Positions 9,839 through 19,012 of a stretch of DNA of 64,000 nucleotides are shown here, in pieces. The DNA is taken from contig JAFUHX010000031.1 in NCBI GenBank assembly GCA_017474045.1, positions 25,485-89,484 of the forward strand, written 5' to 3'. This stretch comes from Clostridia bacterium (GTDB taxonomy: Bacteria > Bacillota > Clostridia > Oscillospirales > Acutalibacteraceae). The translations under genes were made by a program, and so were the position numbers. Each line of letters begins with the position of its first letter. Position 1 is the stretch's first letter. The notes beneath the pieces are model-generated. The model was not told the DNA's origin, searched no databases, and saw nothing but the letters and a program-made list of their open reading frames with translations.

Positions 9839-11824
9839 TCAGCTGACATCGGTCATATCAATATATAAATGACCGAAATTAGCAATATAATCTTTTCTTC
9901 CTGCAAGGTTATCACCGAGAAGAAGATCAAATTTCTCTGCCGTTGCTTCAACATCAGCCGGTTCAACCTTAATAAGTCTTCTTGTTGCAGGATTCATTGT
10001 TGTTAAGTTCATCATTTCAGCCTCGTTTTCGCCAAGACCCTTCGAGCGCTGAATTGTATATTTTGAATTACCGATTTCTTCAAGTGCTTCGCTTTTTTCC
10101 TTTTCAGTATAAGCAAACCACGTTTTATCGCCACTTGTTATTTCATAAAGAGGTGATTCGGCAATAAACACCTTGCCGGCTTTTATCAGAGTCGGCATAA
10201 GGCGATAGATCATTGTTAAAATCAAGGTTCTGATCTGATAACCGTCAACGTCAGCGTCAGTACAAATTATTACCTTGCTCCAACGAAGCTTATCAAGGTC
10301 GAAGGTTACCATATTTTTGTTGGCAGCAGATTTAGTTTTAACTTCAATTCCGCAGCCGAGAACTCTTATAAGGTCAACAATAATCTCACTTTTAAAAATT
10401 TTGTCATATTCACATTTTAAGCAGTTAAGAATTTTTCCTCTGACGGGAATCAAAGCCTGGAATTCAGAATCTCTTGCCTGCTTACAAGCACCAAGCGCAG
10501 AATCACCCTCCACGATAAACAATTCTCTGACATTAACATCTCTGCTTCTGCAATCAACAAATTTCTGAACTCTGTTTGTTATATCGTTTGAAGCTGATAA
10601 TGTTTTTTTGAGACTTTGTCTCGTTGATTCAGCTTTAACACGGCTTCTCATGTTTATAAGGATCTGGTCACAGATTTTGTCTGCTTCCATTTTGTTTTCA
10701 ATGAAATAAACCTCAATCTGATGCTTGAGGAAGTCTGTCATTGCTTCCTGAATAAATTTATTGGTAATTGCTTTTTTTGTCTGATTAAGATAGGATGTTT
10801 CGGTTGAAAATGTTGATGAAACAAAAATCAAGCTGTCTGCAACATCCTGAAATTTAATTTTAGGGTCAGTTTTTGCATATTTTCCGTTTGCTTTGAGGTA
10901 TGAGTCAATCTGATAGACAAAGGCATTGGTAACAGCTTTGTCGGGCGCACCGCCAAACTCAAGCCAGCTGGAATTATGATAATACTCAATTAACTGAACC
11001 TTGTTTGAAAAAGCAACAGCAACATTGAGTTTAACTTTATATTCGGGAAGGTCTTCCCTATCCTTGCCGGTTCTTTCACCTTGCCAGAACTGAACTGAGG
11101 TTAACGCAGTATCACCGGCGATTTCGCGAAGATAGTCGGTTATTCCGTCTTCATAATAATATTCAAAGGTTTCAAAACCGCCCTTGATTTCGTTTCTGAG
11201 TTCAAATTTAACCTTACTGTTAACAATTGACTGTCTTTTGATTACTTCCTGGAAGTATTCAAGAGAAATATCAATATCAGTAAAAACTTCAAGATCAGGA
11301 CGCCATTTTATTCGGCTTCCGGTATCTCTTTTTGAATAGGGCTCACTCTGAAGTCCCCCAACATTAAAGCCCTTTTCAAAGCGTAATGTATGTTTTTGAC
11401 CGTCTCTTTTAATCTCAGCTTCCATATATTCGCTGGCAAACTGCGTAGCACAGAGACCGAGACCGTTCATACCGAGAGAATATTCATAGCTTCCTCCGGA
11501 ATTAGTGTTATACTTTCCGCCGGCGTAAAGCTCACAAAAAACAAGCTCCCAGTTATACTGATTATATTTTTCGTTAAATCCGACAGGAATCCCGCGGCCG
11601 AAGTCCTGAATTTCAACAGAACCGTCAAGATAACGAGTAACAATAATTTTGTTTCCATAGCCTTCTCTGGCTTCGTCAATTGAGTTTGAAAGAATTTCAA
11701 ACATCGAATGTTGACAGCCTTCAATTCCGTTTGAGCCGAAAATAACAGCCGGACGCTTTCTGACTTGATCCGGGCCTTCAAGTTTAGTTATATCCTGATC
11801 ATTGTAATCGGATTTTTTTGCCAT
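9839..11824 (-). CDS. parE: type IIA DNA topoisomerase subunit B (topoisomerase IV ParE-like)
   Basis: GHKL ATPase motif FEILSNSIDEA, Toprim motifs ELFIVEGDSALG and PVRGKILN, and a DxD motif (CTDADVDG). I chose the ATG at 11824 (MAKKSDYNDQ...), which has AAAGGA 9 nt upstream. The ORF track starts at a GTG at 11842. Confidence 0.75.
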   Translation of the reverse strand: MAKKSDYNDQDITKLEGPDQVRKRPAVIFGSNGIEGCQHSMFEILSNSIDEAREGYGNKIIVTRYLDGSVEIQDFGRGIPVGFNEKYNQYNWELVFCELYAGGKYNTNSGGSYEYSLGMNGLGLCATQFASEYMEAEIKRDGQKHTLRFEKGFNVGGLQSEPYSKRDTGSRIKWRPDLEVFTDIDISLEYFQEVIKRQSIVNSKVKFELRNEIKGGFETFEYYYEDGITDYLREIAGDTALTSVQFWQGERTGKDREDLPEYKVKLNVAVAFSNKVQLIEYYHNSSWLEFGGAPDKAVTNAFVYQIDSYLKANGKYAKTDPKIKFQDVADSLIFVSSTFSTETSYLNQTKKAITNKFIQEAMTDFLKHQIEVYFIENKMEADKICDQILINMRSRVKAESTRQSLKKTLSASNDITNRVQKFVDCRSRDVNVRELFIVEGDSALGACKQARDSEFQALIPVRGKILNCLKCEYDKIFKSEIIVDLIRVLGCGIEVKTKSAANKNMVTFDLDKLRWSKVIICTDADVDGYQIRTLILTMIYRLMPTLIKAGKVFIAESPLYEITSGDKTWFAYTEKEKSEALEEIGNSKYTIQRSKGLGENEAEMMNLTTMNPATRRLIKVEPADVEATAEKFDLLLGDNLAGRKDYIANFGHLYIDMTDVS

Positions 11825-11923
11825 ATTTATTGATCCTTTCACATTTCATTACTACAAATTGTTATTTTTACCATACCTTATTAATTTACACTATTTCTTT
11901 AAAAAAATCAAGTTTTTGGAAAT

Positions 11924-11950
11924 TTAAAAAGCGGCGAAATCAATCGCCGC
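11924..11950 (-). terminator. intrinsic terminator after the spoVM-like ORF
   Basis: Hairpin GCGGCGA-loop-TCGCCGC (11931-11950), followed on the minus strand by TTTTT. Confidence 0.7.
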
Positions 11951-11953
11951 TTT

Positions 11954-12031
11954 TTATTCATCTTTAATTTTAAATAAGATTTTCAAAAAACCTCTGAAAA
12001 GCTTCGGACTTTTCACAACAACAACCTTCAT
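11954..12031 (-). CDS. spoVM: SpoVM-like 25-aa amphipathic sporulation peptide (too short for the ORF track)
   Basis: My translation is MKVVVVKSPKLFRGFLKILFKIKDE. GGAGG lies 7 nt upstream of the ATG, and a terminator follows immediately. The peptide resembles B. subtilis SpoVM (MKFYTIKLPKFLGGIVRAMLGSFRKD) in its MK...K.PK...G pattern and length. spoVM lies near prkC-cpgA(rsgA) in B. subtilis too. Confidence 0.6.
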   Translation of the reverse strand: MKVVVVKSPKLFRGFLKILFKIKDE

Positions 12032-12047
12032 AAGTATCCCTCCAAAG

Positions 12048-12197
12048 TTATTTGGTGCAAGAAATTAAGCCGAGAATAACCAGCATAATTGCCAGGATAA
12101 AAAGCATTATTTTTGTTGGAAAACAAAGAGCAAGAAGAAGTCCGGCTCCGAAGGCGGCAAAAACAGCCCCCTTATTTCCGTTTCTTGAATAAGGCAT
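12048..12197 (-). CDS. small hydrophobic membrane protein, function unknown
   Basis: 49 aa from the ATG at 12197 (MPYSRNGNKGAVFAAFGAGLLLALCFPTKIMLFILAIMLVILGLISCTK), with GGAG 8 nt upstream and two predicted TM helices. The longer 70-aa ORF on the track would start inside the candidate promoter. Confidence 0.4.
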   Translation of the reverse strand: MPYSRNGNKGAVFAAFGAGLLLALCFPTKIMLFILAIMLVILGLISCTK

Positions 12198-12258
12198 TTT
12201 CATCACTCCGCACCTGATTTTAAAATCTGAAGTATATGTAACTTCGAGACTCAATAAC

Positions 12259-12287
12259 ATTATACGAAGAAGAAGGATTTATGTGAA
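12259..12287 (-). promoter_or_regulatory. promoter candidate (TTCACA-17-TATAAT) for the small membrane ORF and spoVM
   Basis: On the minus strand, TTCACA is at 12287..12282 and TATAAT at 12264..12259. A CATATACT element at 12238..12231 resembles the sigma-E -10 consensus CATACAnT, which is only a weak indication. Confidence 0.4.
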
Positions 12288-12294
12288 AAAATAA

Positions 12295-13173
12295 TTAAAG
12301 CTCCCATTTTTTAATGGCTTTTGCGTCATTATATAATATTTTATAGCTTTCATGACGACTCTGACTGATTAAACCTGATTGAACCATTTCACATATTTTA
12401 CAGCCTTTATCGTTTAAATGAGCGCAGCCGGTGAAGCGGCATTGGTCAATATAATCTGAAAATTCGCTGAAATAAAACTGAAGGTCTTCTTTTAAAATAA
12501 CATCAGTGCTTAGAAGATCAACAGCTGAAAATCCGGCAGTATCAATAACTAAGCCGTCTCCTATATGAAAAATCTCTGCTTGCCGTGTTGTGTGTCTGCC
12601 TCTTCCGAGTTTATTACTTATATCAGCCGTTGAAAGCTGAAGTTCAGGACACAAAGCGTTAATTAGTGTTGATTTTCCAGCTCCTGAGTTTCCCGTGAAA
12701 GCAACAAGCTTTCCTGAAATATAATTTTTAATTTCATCTAATTGTGAATGATCGTTTATTGAAACAGAAAAAATCTTATATTTAGTTTTTTTATATTCAG
12801 CAATCAGATCTTCGGAACTCTTTTTATCTGTTTTTGTAAAAATCAAAACAGGCTCAATGTTGTTTTTTTCTGCAAGAACAGTCATTTTGTCAATAACAAC
12901 CGTATTTGGCGCAGGTTCACAAGTGGAAACAACAATAAAAAGAGCATCTAAATTTGAAACCGGCGGACGAACTAAAAGATTTTTTCTTTCAAAAATTTCG
13001 TCAATTGTGTTTTCGGCTGCAACATTTACCGAAATTCTGACTCTGTCACCGGCAACGGGTGTTATTTTGTTTTTTCTGAAAATGCCCTTGGCTTTGCATT
13101 CAAAAATGCCTTCGGAGGTTTCTACATAATAGAAACCTCCGATTCCTTTAATAATTAAACCGTTATAGTTCAT
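12295..13173 (-). CDS. rsgA: ribosome small-subunit-dependent GTPase A
   Basis: 292 aa with an OB-fold N-terminus, the circularly permuted GTPase motif GNSGAGKSTLINAL, and a C-terminal zinc cluster CRFTGCAHLNDKGCKIC. It lies downstream of prkC. Confidence 0.9.
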   Translation of the reverse strand: MNYNGLIIKGIGGFYYVETSEGIFECKAKGIFRKNKITPVAGDRVRISVNVAAENTIDEIFERKNLLVRPPVSNLDALFIVVSTCEPAPNTVVIDKMTVLAEKNNIEPVLIFTKTDKKSSEDLIAEYKKTKYKIFSVSINDHSQLDEIKNYISGKLVAFTGNSGAGKSTLINALCPELQLSTADISNKLGRGRHTTRQAEIFHIGDGLVIDTAGFSAVDLLSTDVILKEDLQFYFSEFSDYIDQCRFTGCAHLNDKGCKICEMVQSGLISQSRHESYKILYNDAKAIKKWEL

Positions 13174-13187
13174 GCTTCACCGTCTTC

Positions 13188-15149
13188 TTATTCATCACGA
13201 GGAACAGTTGTTATGAATTTTTTAGTGGTTGTTTCCTCAACCTCTTTATTTGTGGTTTTTTCTTCGGTAGGCTTTGTTTCCTTTGGTTTTTCTGTTGTAA
13301 CTTCTGAAGGTTTGGTTTCTTTGGGTTTCTTGGTGGTTTTTTCTTCAGTAGTTGCCTCGGGTTTCTTGGTAGTTTCTTCTTTAGGCTTTGTTGTTGTCTC
13401 TTTTTCTGTTGTTGCTTCTTCCTTGGTTGTTGTTTCGGGTTCGGTTGTTTTTTCTTCAACAAGCTTTCCTGTGCTTACATAAACAGCAACCGCAGTTCCC
13501 TCTTCAACCTGTTCACCGAGAAATTCATAGCCTATTATTGTTCCGCGTTCAGCCTCGTTGCTTCTGTATTCTGTTCTGGCAGTGTCAAGCTTCAGTCCGA
13601 CCTCTTCTAAAGCAGCTTTAGCTTCAGCAATAGTCATACCCATAAGATTTGGAACGTCAACCGGTTCCGGATCATCTGAATCAGCAACAAAAATAACAAC
13701 AACGCTTCCGTCGTCAGCCATTTCGCCTTTTGCCGGTTCAGTTCTGATTACAGTTCCGGGTGTGTAATCTTTATTTGCTTCTTTTTCAATTCTGACATCA
13801 AAATTGTTTTCTCTTATTATTGTCTGAGCTGAAGCTAAATTATATCCGTAAACATCAGGAACTTCAGTTTGTTTGCTTGACGCAGCAACGTAAACAACAA
13901 TTGTTTCGCCTTCTTCAAGCTTTCCATTAAAGGGTTCTTGTCTTACGATTGTTCCGTCTTCTTTGTCGCTGGTTTCATCATCAATAATTTCAAATTTAAA
14001 CATTGAGAATTTTTCGTTGTTAAGAACATCCTGAGTAAAATCAAGGCCAACAAGATTAGGAACATCATGTTTATTGCTCTTAGGAACAAATATTGCAACA
14101 AGAATTATTGCCGCAATTATTAAAGCAGCCAAAATACCGCCAAGAATAGCAATTGTTTTCTTTGATTTTCTTTCGTTTTCAACCTCATCAAAATCATCAT
14201 CTTCAACCGGAGAAACAACCTTGGGTTCAGAAGAATCACGGTCACCGGTAATATTCTGAGGTTTAGGGATATATTTTGTTGGCTGTTTATCAACGAAATA
14301 TGTGAAGTCAAATTTAATATTAGGATTTCTTCTGAATTTTTCAATATCCATGAGCATTTCTGATGCAGACTGATATCTGTAGTTCTGATTTTTCTGCATA
14401 CTTTTAAGAGTGATTTGCTCAAGACCTACAGGAATATCTGCATTAATTTCATGGGGCATTACAGGATCATTCTGAATCTGCATAAAAATAAGCTGAGCTG
14501 TGTTGTCTGATTCAAAAGGAAGCTTACCGGTGAGCATTTCATAAAAAACAACACCGACAGAATAGATGTCGCTTCTTGCATCTGTAACACTACCCTTAAC
14601 TTGTTCAGGGCTTATATAATGAACAGAACCTATTGCTTCTCCGGTCATGGTTTTTGTTTCGCTACGGCTGATTCTTGCAATTCCGAAATCAGTAACCTTT
14701 ATCGTTCCGTCTGAAAGAAGAAGAATGTTTTGCGGCTTGATATCACGGTGAATGATTCCTTTGTCGTGAGCGTGCTGAAGAGCGTGAAGAATCTGAGTCA
14801 GGAAATGAAGCGCTTCACGAATATTGATTACCCCTTGCTGCTCAATATATTCCTTGAGTGTGATTCCGTCAACATGTTCCATTACTATGTATTGAATAAG
14901 ATTTCCGTAGCTGACATCATAAACCTTAACAATATTCGGATGTGAAAGAACAGCAATAGCTTTGGATTCATTTTTAAATCTGTGGCGGAACTCTTCATTT
15001 TCGATATATTCATTCTTAAGAATTTTAACTGCAACAATTCTGTTGTCGATATTATCAAATGCTTTGTAAACAACAGCCATTCCGCCTACACCGATAATTT
15101 CGATTATTTCATATCTTCCGTCAAGTCTTTTTCCAACATAATTTTCCAT
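13188..15149 (-). CDS. prkC: Ser/Thr protein kinase with PASTA domains (PrkC/PknB type)
   Basis: Hanks kinase motifs are present (GVGGMAVVYKA, VAVKIL, HRDIKPQNILL, DFGIA, SPEQ). One TM helix (ILGGILAALIIAAIILVAIFV) is followed by three PASTA-like repeats (VPNLVG.., VPDVYG.., VPNLMG..) and a T/E/K/P-rich tail. Confidence 0.9.
   Translation of the reverse strand: MENYVGKRLDGRYEIIEIIGVGGMAVVYKAFDNIDNRIVAVKILKNEYIENEEFRHRFKNESKAIAVLSHPNIVKVYDVSYGNLIQYIVMEHVDGITLKEYIEQQGVINIREALHFLTQILHALQHAHDKGIIHRDIKPQNILLLSDGTIKVTDFGIARISRSETKTMTGEAIGSVHYISPEQVKGSVTDARSDIYSVGVVFYEMLTGKLPFESDNTAQLIFMQIQNDPVMPHEINADIPVGLEQITLKSMQKNQNYRYQSASEMLMDIEKFRRNPNIKFDFTYFVDKQPTKYIPKPQNITGDRDSSEPKVVSPVEDDDFDEVENERKSKKTIAILGGILAALIIAAIILVAIFVPKSNKHDVPNLVGLDFTQDVLNNEKFSMFKFEIIDDETSDKEDGTIVRQEPFNGKLEEGETIVVYVAASSKQTEVPDVYGYNLASAQTIIRENNFDVRIEKEANKDYTPGTVIRTEPAKGEMADDGSVVVIFVADSDDPEPVDVPNLMGMTIAEAKAALEEVGLKLDTARTEYRSNEAERGTIIGYEFLGEQVEEGTAVAVYVSTGKLVEEKTTEPETTTKEEATTEKETTTKPKEETTKKPEATTEEKTTKKPKETKPSEVTTEKPKETKPTEEKTTNKEVEETTTKKFITTVPRDE
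13191..13470 (-). repeat. low-complexity T/E/K/P-rich coding repeat that forms the PrkC C-terminal tail
   Basis: About 93 aa: ...EEKTTEPETTTKEEATTEKETTTKPKEETTKKPEATTEEKTTKKPKETKPSEVTTEKPKETKPTEEKTT..., with KKPKETKP/EKPKETKP units recurring. It generates several spurious overlapping ORFs on both strands. Confidence 0.8.
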
Positions 15150-15201
15150 ATATTAAAACCTATGCTCTGTTGAACATATCCTTTCTGATTTCATAATTAA
15201 A

Positions 15202-15930
15202 TTAACACTTCACCGCAACAACTGTGATGTTATCAGGGCCTCCGTGGTGGTTAGCTTCGTTTATGTAGGCAGTTGCAAGCTTTTCAAACTCAATATTTTT
15301 AAGTATTTCAAACATCTCTTCTTCAGAAACGCAACCGCTTAAGCCATCTGTGCAAAGAATGATAACATCATTTTCTTTAACATCAAGGGTATCAAAATCA
15401 ATATCGATTTTTTCACCGACACCCAAGGCTCTGGTTATAATATTTTTATTTGGATGGTTTTTAAATTCATCAATGGTAATTTCACCGCTGTCGAGCATTT
15501 CCTGAACAAGTGAATGGTCTTTAGTAATCTGAGTAATTTTATTGTCAGAAACTAAATAAGCGCGGCTGTCTCCAACGTGAGCAATGGTAGCAACAGAATT
15601 TCTAATAATGCAGGCAACTACCGTAGTTCCCATGCCTGAAAGATTCATATCAGAATCAGCCCTGTCATAAATTGCAACATTAGCTGTTGTTATGGCTGAT
15701 AAAAGAAGATTTTCGATTGACTTTTCGCCCATTGATTTATTATAGCATTTTTCTATTTTTTCGCTGATTATATCAACGGCACAATTGCTGGCAACAGTTC
15801 CGCCGGCAGCGCCGCCCATTCCGTCACAGACAACAGCCCAAACAACTTCGCCTTCAATAGAACCGAATCTGAAAGCGTCTTCATTTTTAGATCGTCTGTT
15901 TCCGATATCAGAAAAACCAACAGTTTTCAT
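15202..15930 (-). CDS. prpC: PP2C-family Ser/Thr phosphatase (Stp/PrpC)
   Basis: 242 aa with RSKNEDAF, VCDGMGG, GMGTT and LCTDGLS motifs. It lies directly upstream of prkC. Confidence 0.9.
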   Translation of the reverse strand: MKTVGFSDIGNRRSKNEDAFRFGSIEGEVVWAVVCDGMGGAAGGTVASNCAVDIISEKIEKCYNKSMGEKSIENLLLSAITTANVAIYDRADSDMNLSGMGTTVVACIIRNSVATIAHVGDSRAYLVSDNKITQITKDHSLVQEMLDSGEITIDEFKNHPNKNIITRALGVGEKIDIDFDTLDVKENDVIILCTDGLSGCVSEEEMFEILKNIEFEKLATAYINEANHHGGPDNITVVAVKC

Positions 15931-15941
15931 GCAATCACCTC

Positions 15942-16973
15942 TTATTCTGATTTAACTCCTCGCCTGAGCTGGCCGCAAGAAGCATTGATGTCGCTTCCAA
16001 GTGTTCTTCTTACGGTAACATTAATTGAATATTTTTCGAGAATTCTTATAAAGCTTTGAATTCTTTGATCGTTACTTCGTGTATAATCGCGTTCTTTAAC
16101 GCTGTTAACAGGAATAAGGTTAACATGACAAAGCATACCTTTAAGCTTTGAAGCAAGCTCTTTTGCACATTCGTCACTATCATTGACGCCGCTTATCATT
16201 GCGTATTCAAATGAAATTCGACGTGAAGTTTCTTTTGTGTAATCACGGCAAGCCTTAAGCAATGTATCAACATTCCATTTTTTGTTTACAGGCATTGTTT
16301 TGCTTCTGATTTCATCGTTCGGAGCGTGAAGAGAAATAGAAAGAGTCAGCTGAAGCTTTTTTTCCATTAATTTATAAATTCCGCTGACAACACCACAAGT
16401 TGAAAGTGAAATGTTCCTCATGCTGAGGTTCTGACCATTTTCGTCAGTAACGAGAGAAAGAAAACGAATAACATTATCGAAATTATCAAGCGGCTCTCCA
16501 ACACCCATCATTACAACGTGTGAAACCTTTATTCCAAGATCCTTCTGCGCGGTATAAATCTGTGAAAGAATCTCCCCTGCCTCAAGATTTCTGATAAAGC
16601 CCGCTATTCCTGAAGCGCAGAAATTACACCCCATTTTACAGCCCACCTGGCTTGAGACACAAACGGTATAGCCGTATTTATATTTCATAACGACAGTTTC
16701 AATAAATTCGCCGTCATGGAGCTTAAATAAATACTTAACCGTATCATCATACACCGAAACAAGCTTTTTTTCAATAGTGCAATTAAAAGTATTAAAATTT
16801 TTTTTAAGTTTTTCTCTGAGAGTCTTTGAAATATTTGTCATTTCGTCGAAGGATGAGACCTGATGCTTATGTAACCATGAATAAATCTGGTTTGCAACGA
16901 ATTTTTTCTCGTTCATTTCAAGAATCTCTTTGAGAATTTCATCATAGCTCATTGAGCGAATATCTTTAAGCAT
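15942..16973 (-). CDS. rlmN: 23S rRNA/tRNA (adenine-C2)-methyltransferase RlmN (radical SAM)
   Basis: It has the radical-SAM CxxxCxxC motif (CKMGCNFC), GVGEPLDN and a C-terminal CGQL. I chose the ATG at 16973, which overlaps the rsmB stop (ATGCTTAA). The ORF track starts at a TTG at 16994. Confidence 0.9.
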   Translation of the reverse strand: MLKDIRSMSYDEILKEILEMNEKKFVANQIYSWLHKHQVSSFDEMTNISKTLREKLKKNFNTFNCTIEKKLVSVYDDTVKYLFKLHDGEFIETVVMKYKYGYTVCVSSQVGCKMGCNFCASGIAGFIRNLEAGEILSQIYTAQKDLGIKVSHVVMMGVGEPLDNFDNVIRFLSLVTDENGQNLSMRNISLSTCGVVSGIYKLMEKKLQLTLSISLHAPNDEIRSKTMPVNKKWNVDTLLKACRDYTKETSRRISFEYAMISGVNDSDECAKELASKLKGMLCHVNLIPVNSVKERDYTRSNDQRIQSFIRILEKYSINVTVRRTLGSDINASCGQLRRGVKSE

Positions 16974-18288
16974 TTTGTTTACCTTTTCTTTCAAAAGCAG
17001 CTATAAAAAAGCCGTCAGAATTATTTTTGTGAGGCATTAAAGTGACCATAGTTTCATCGCTTATTCTTTTTAGAGGCTTAACAGATGAAAACTCAGGATT
17101 TCGTTCAAGAAACTTCAGACAAACTTTTTCGTTTTCACCTTTATTCAAAGTACAGGTAGAATATATGAGTCTTCCACCATCTTTAACATACTTTGAGCCG
17201 TTTTCAAGAATTTCAAGCTGAAGAGACGGTAAGCCTTTAACGCTATCGGGATCTTTATATCTGATTTCAGGTTTTCTTCTTATTATTCCGAAGCCTGAAC
17301 ACGGAACATCACACAAAACAATATCAGCTTCAGGAAGGGTATCGTTAAATAAACAAGCATCACCAACAACAGCGTTTATTATATCAATTCCGAGACGTTT
17401 CGCACCGTCAGCAATTAACCTGACTCTGTGTTCATATAAATCAAAGCAGAAAATTTTTCCGCTGTTTTTCATGTGTTGGGCAATGGTAAATGCTTTTCCG
17501 CCCGGGGCACTGCATAAGTCAAAAACAGTTTTGTTTTCAGTTGCACAAACTGCTTCGGCACAGAGCTGAGAAGCGATGTCTTGAACATGAAAATATCCCT
17601 TTTTATAAAGATCAAGTTCCTCTATTGACATTCCACCAAGATTTAAAATCAATGAATTTTCAACTGAACAAAACTCAGATTTAATTCCGAATTTTTCAAG
17701 CATTAATTTAAGTTCATCAGCAGTAGTTTTCAGAGTATTGACTCTGATAATGGTTTCGGCTTTTTTTGAAAAAGCCATCAGGAGATTTTCAGTTTCATAA
17801 CAGCCATATTCTTTTATCCACTTATTAACAAGCCACAGAGGAACTGAATATTTAACGCTGAGAAGCTCATTTTCATTCAAATCTTCATCATAAACAAGGC
17901 CATTATTAACACACTTTCTCAAAACAGCATTAATCATTGAAGCCGCAAAAGCCATTTTATTGTTTCTGGCTAAATTAACGCCTTCATTAACTGCTGCAGA
18001 CGACGGAACTTTATCCATAAAAAAAATCTGATATGCGCTTAAACGCAAAATTACCAAAACATCTTTTTTTAATTTATTGATTGGGTTTAACAGATATTGA
18101 CTGAGCTGATAGTCAAGAGTCAGCTTTTTTTCGCTTGTTCCGTAAACCAAAGCAGACACAAAGGCTTTATCCCTTGTGTCAAGTTTTGATGTTGACAGAA
18201 CGCTGTCGATTGTTAAATTTGAAAAAGCACCGTCTTTCTCCATTCTCAAAAGAATTTCAAAAGCCGTTTGTCTTGCGGTTTTATTCAT
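16966..18288 (-). CDS. rsmB: 16S rRNA (cytosine967-C5)-methyltransferase RsmB
   Basis: 440 aa with a NusB-like N-terminal domain and SAM methyltransferase motifs DLCSAPGGK, CDVPCSG and YSTCT. Confidence 0.9.
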   Translation of the reverse strand: MNKTARQTAFEILLRMEKDGAFSNLTIDSVLSTSKLDTRDKAFVSALVYGTSEKKLTLDYQLSQYLLNPINKLKKDVLVILRLSAYQIFFMDKVPSSAAVNEGVNLARNNKMAFAASMINAVLRKCVNNGLVYDEDLNENELLSVKYSVPLWLVNKWIKEYGCYETENLLMAFSKKAETIIRVNTLKTTADELKLMLEKFGIKSEFCSVENSLILNLGGMSIEELDLYKKGYFHVQDIASQLCAEAVCATENKTVFDLCSAPGGKAFTIAQHMKNSGKIFCFDLYEHRVRLIADGAKRLGIDIINAVVGDACLFNDTLPEADIVLCDVPCSGFGIIRRKPEIRYKDPDSVKGLPSLQLEILENGSKYVKDGGRLIYSTCTLNKGENEKVCLKFLERNPEFSSVKPLKRISDETMVTLMPHKNNSDGFFIAAFERKGKQNA

Positions 18289-18308
18289 TAAGAAATAGGA
18301 CCTTTCTT

Positions 18309-19001
18309 TTATCTTCTTCGGTTATTAAACCTCAAAATCAATCTTAGCAATGATGCAACGGAAACGAGCAATGAAGCAACATAAGTCATAGCAGCGGCAG
18401 TTAAAACTTTTTTTGCACCGCTTTGCTCTTCAGAAAGAAGAAGCTGAGTTTCTGAAATTACATTGACAGCTCTTCTTGAAGCATTAAACTCAACGGGAAG
18501 TGTTATAAGTTGAAAAGCCACAACACTTGCAAATAAAACAATGCCTATATCAACCAAAATACCAAAGCCAAGAAAATAACCAATTACTGCTAACATTACG
18601 CCAAATGAGGAACCTAAGTTAGCAATTGGAAGAATCTTGTTTCTGATTTTGATAGGAAGATAGTTTTCAGCGTGTTGAGCAGCATGTCCGGCTTCGTGGC
18701 AAGCAATTCCAACGGCTGCAATTGATGAGCCGGAATAGACCTCAGGCGAAAGTCTGATAATATTTGAGCGAGGGTCATAGTGATCACTTAGTTTTCCGCT
18801 GCTTTGACCAATCTGAACATTGTTAATTCCGTAATAGCTCAAAACACGTTGAGCAGCCATTGCACCGGTAATATTTCTTGAATTGCGGACTCTGCTCCAT
18901 TTGCTGTATGTTTTTTTAACAAGCATCTGAGCAACAAGAGAAAGAATAATTGCCGGAACAACTAAAATCAAATAATATTTATCTAAATAAAAATAAGGCA
19001 T
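18309..19001 (-). CDS. membrane zinc metallopeptidase (Zn_peptidase_2 / YpfJ-like family)
   Basis: 230 aa with an N-terminal TM helix, HExxH (CHEAGHAAQH) and C-terminal TM helices. This is the usual position between fmt and rsmB in Clostridia. Confidence 0.8.
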   Translation of the reverse strand: MPYFYLDKYYLILVVPAIILSLVAQMLVKKTYSKWSRVRNSRNITGAMAAQRVLSYYGINNVQIGQSSGKLSDHYDPRSNIIRLSPEVYSGSSIAAVGIACHEAGHAAQHAENYLPIKIRNKILPIANLGSSFGVMLAVIGYFLGFGILVDIGIVLFASVVAFQLITLPVEFNASRRAVNVISETQLLLSEEQSGAKKVLTAAAMTYVASLLVSVASLLRLILRFNNRRR

Positions 19002-19012
19002 CTTTAAACTCC

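Noticed and set aside
13211-13621. Several 69-89-aa ORFs on both strands inside the 3' end of prkC.
   Set aside because: They arise from the low-complexity T/E/K/P-coding repeat. Their translations are homopolymer-like (KKQ.., VVF.., LLL..), and they overlap a gene with clear kinase and PASTA signatures.
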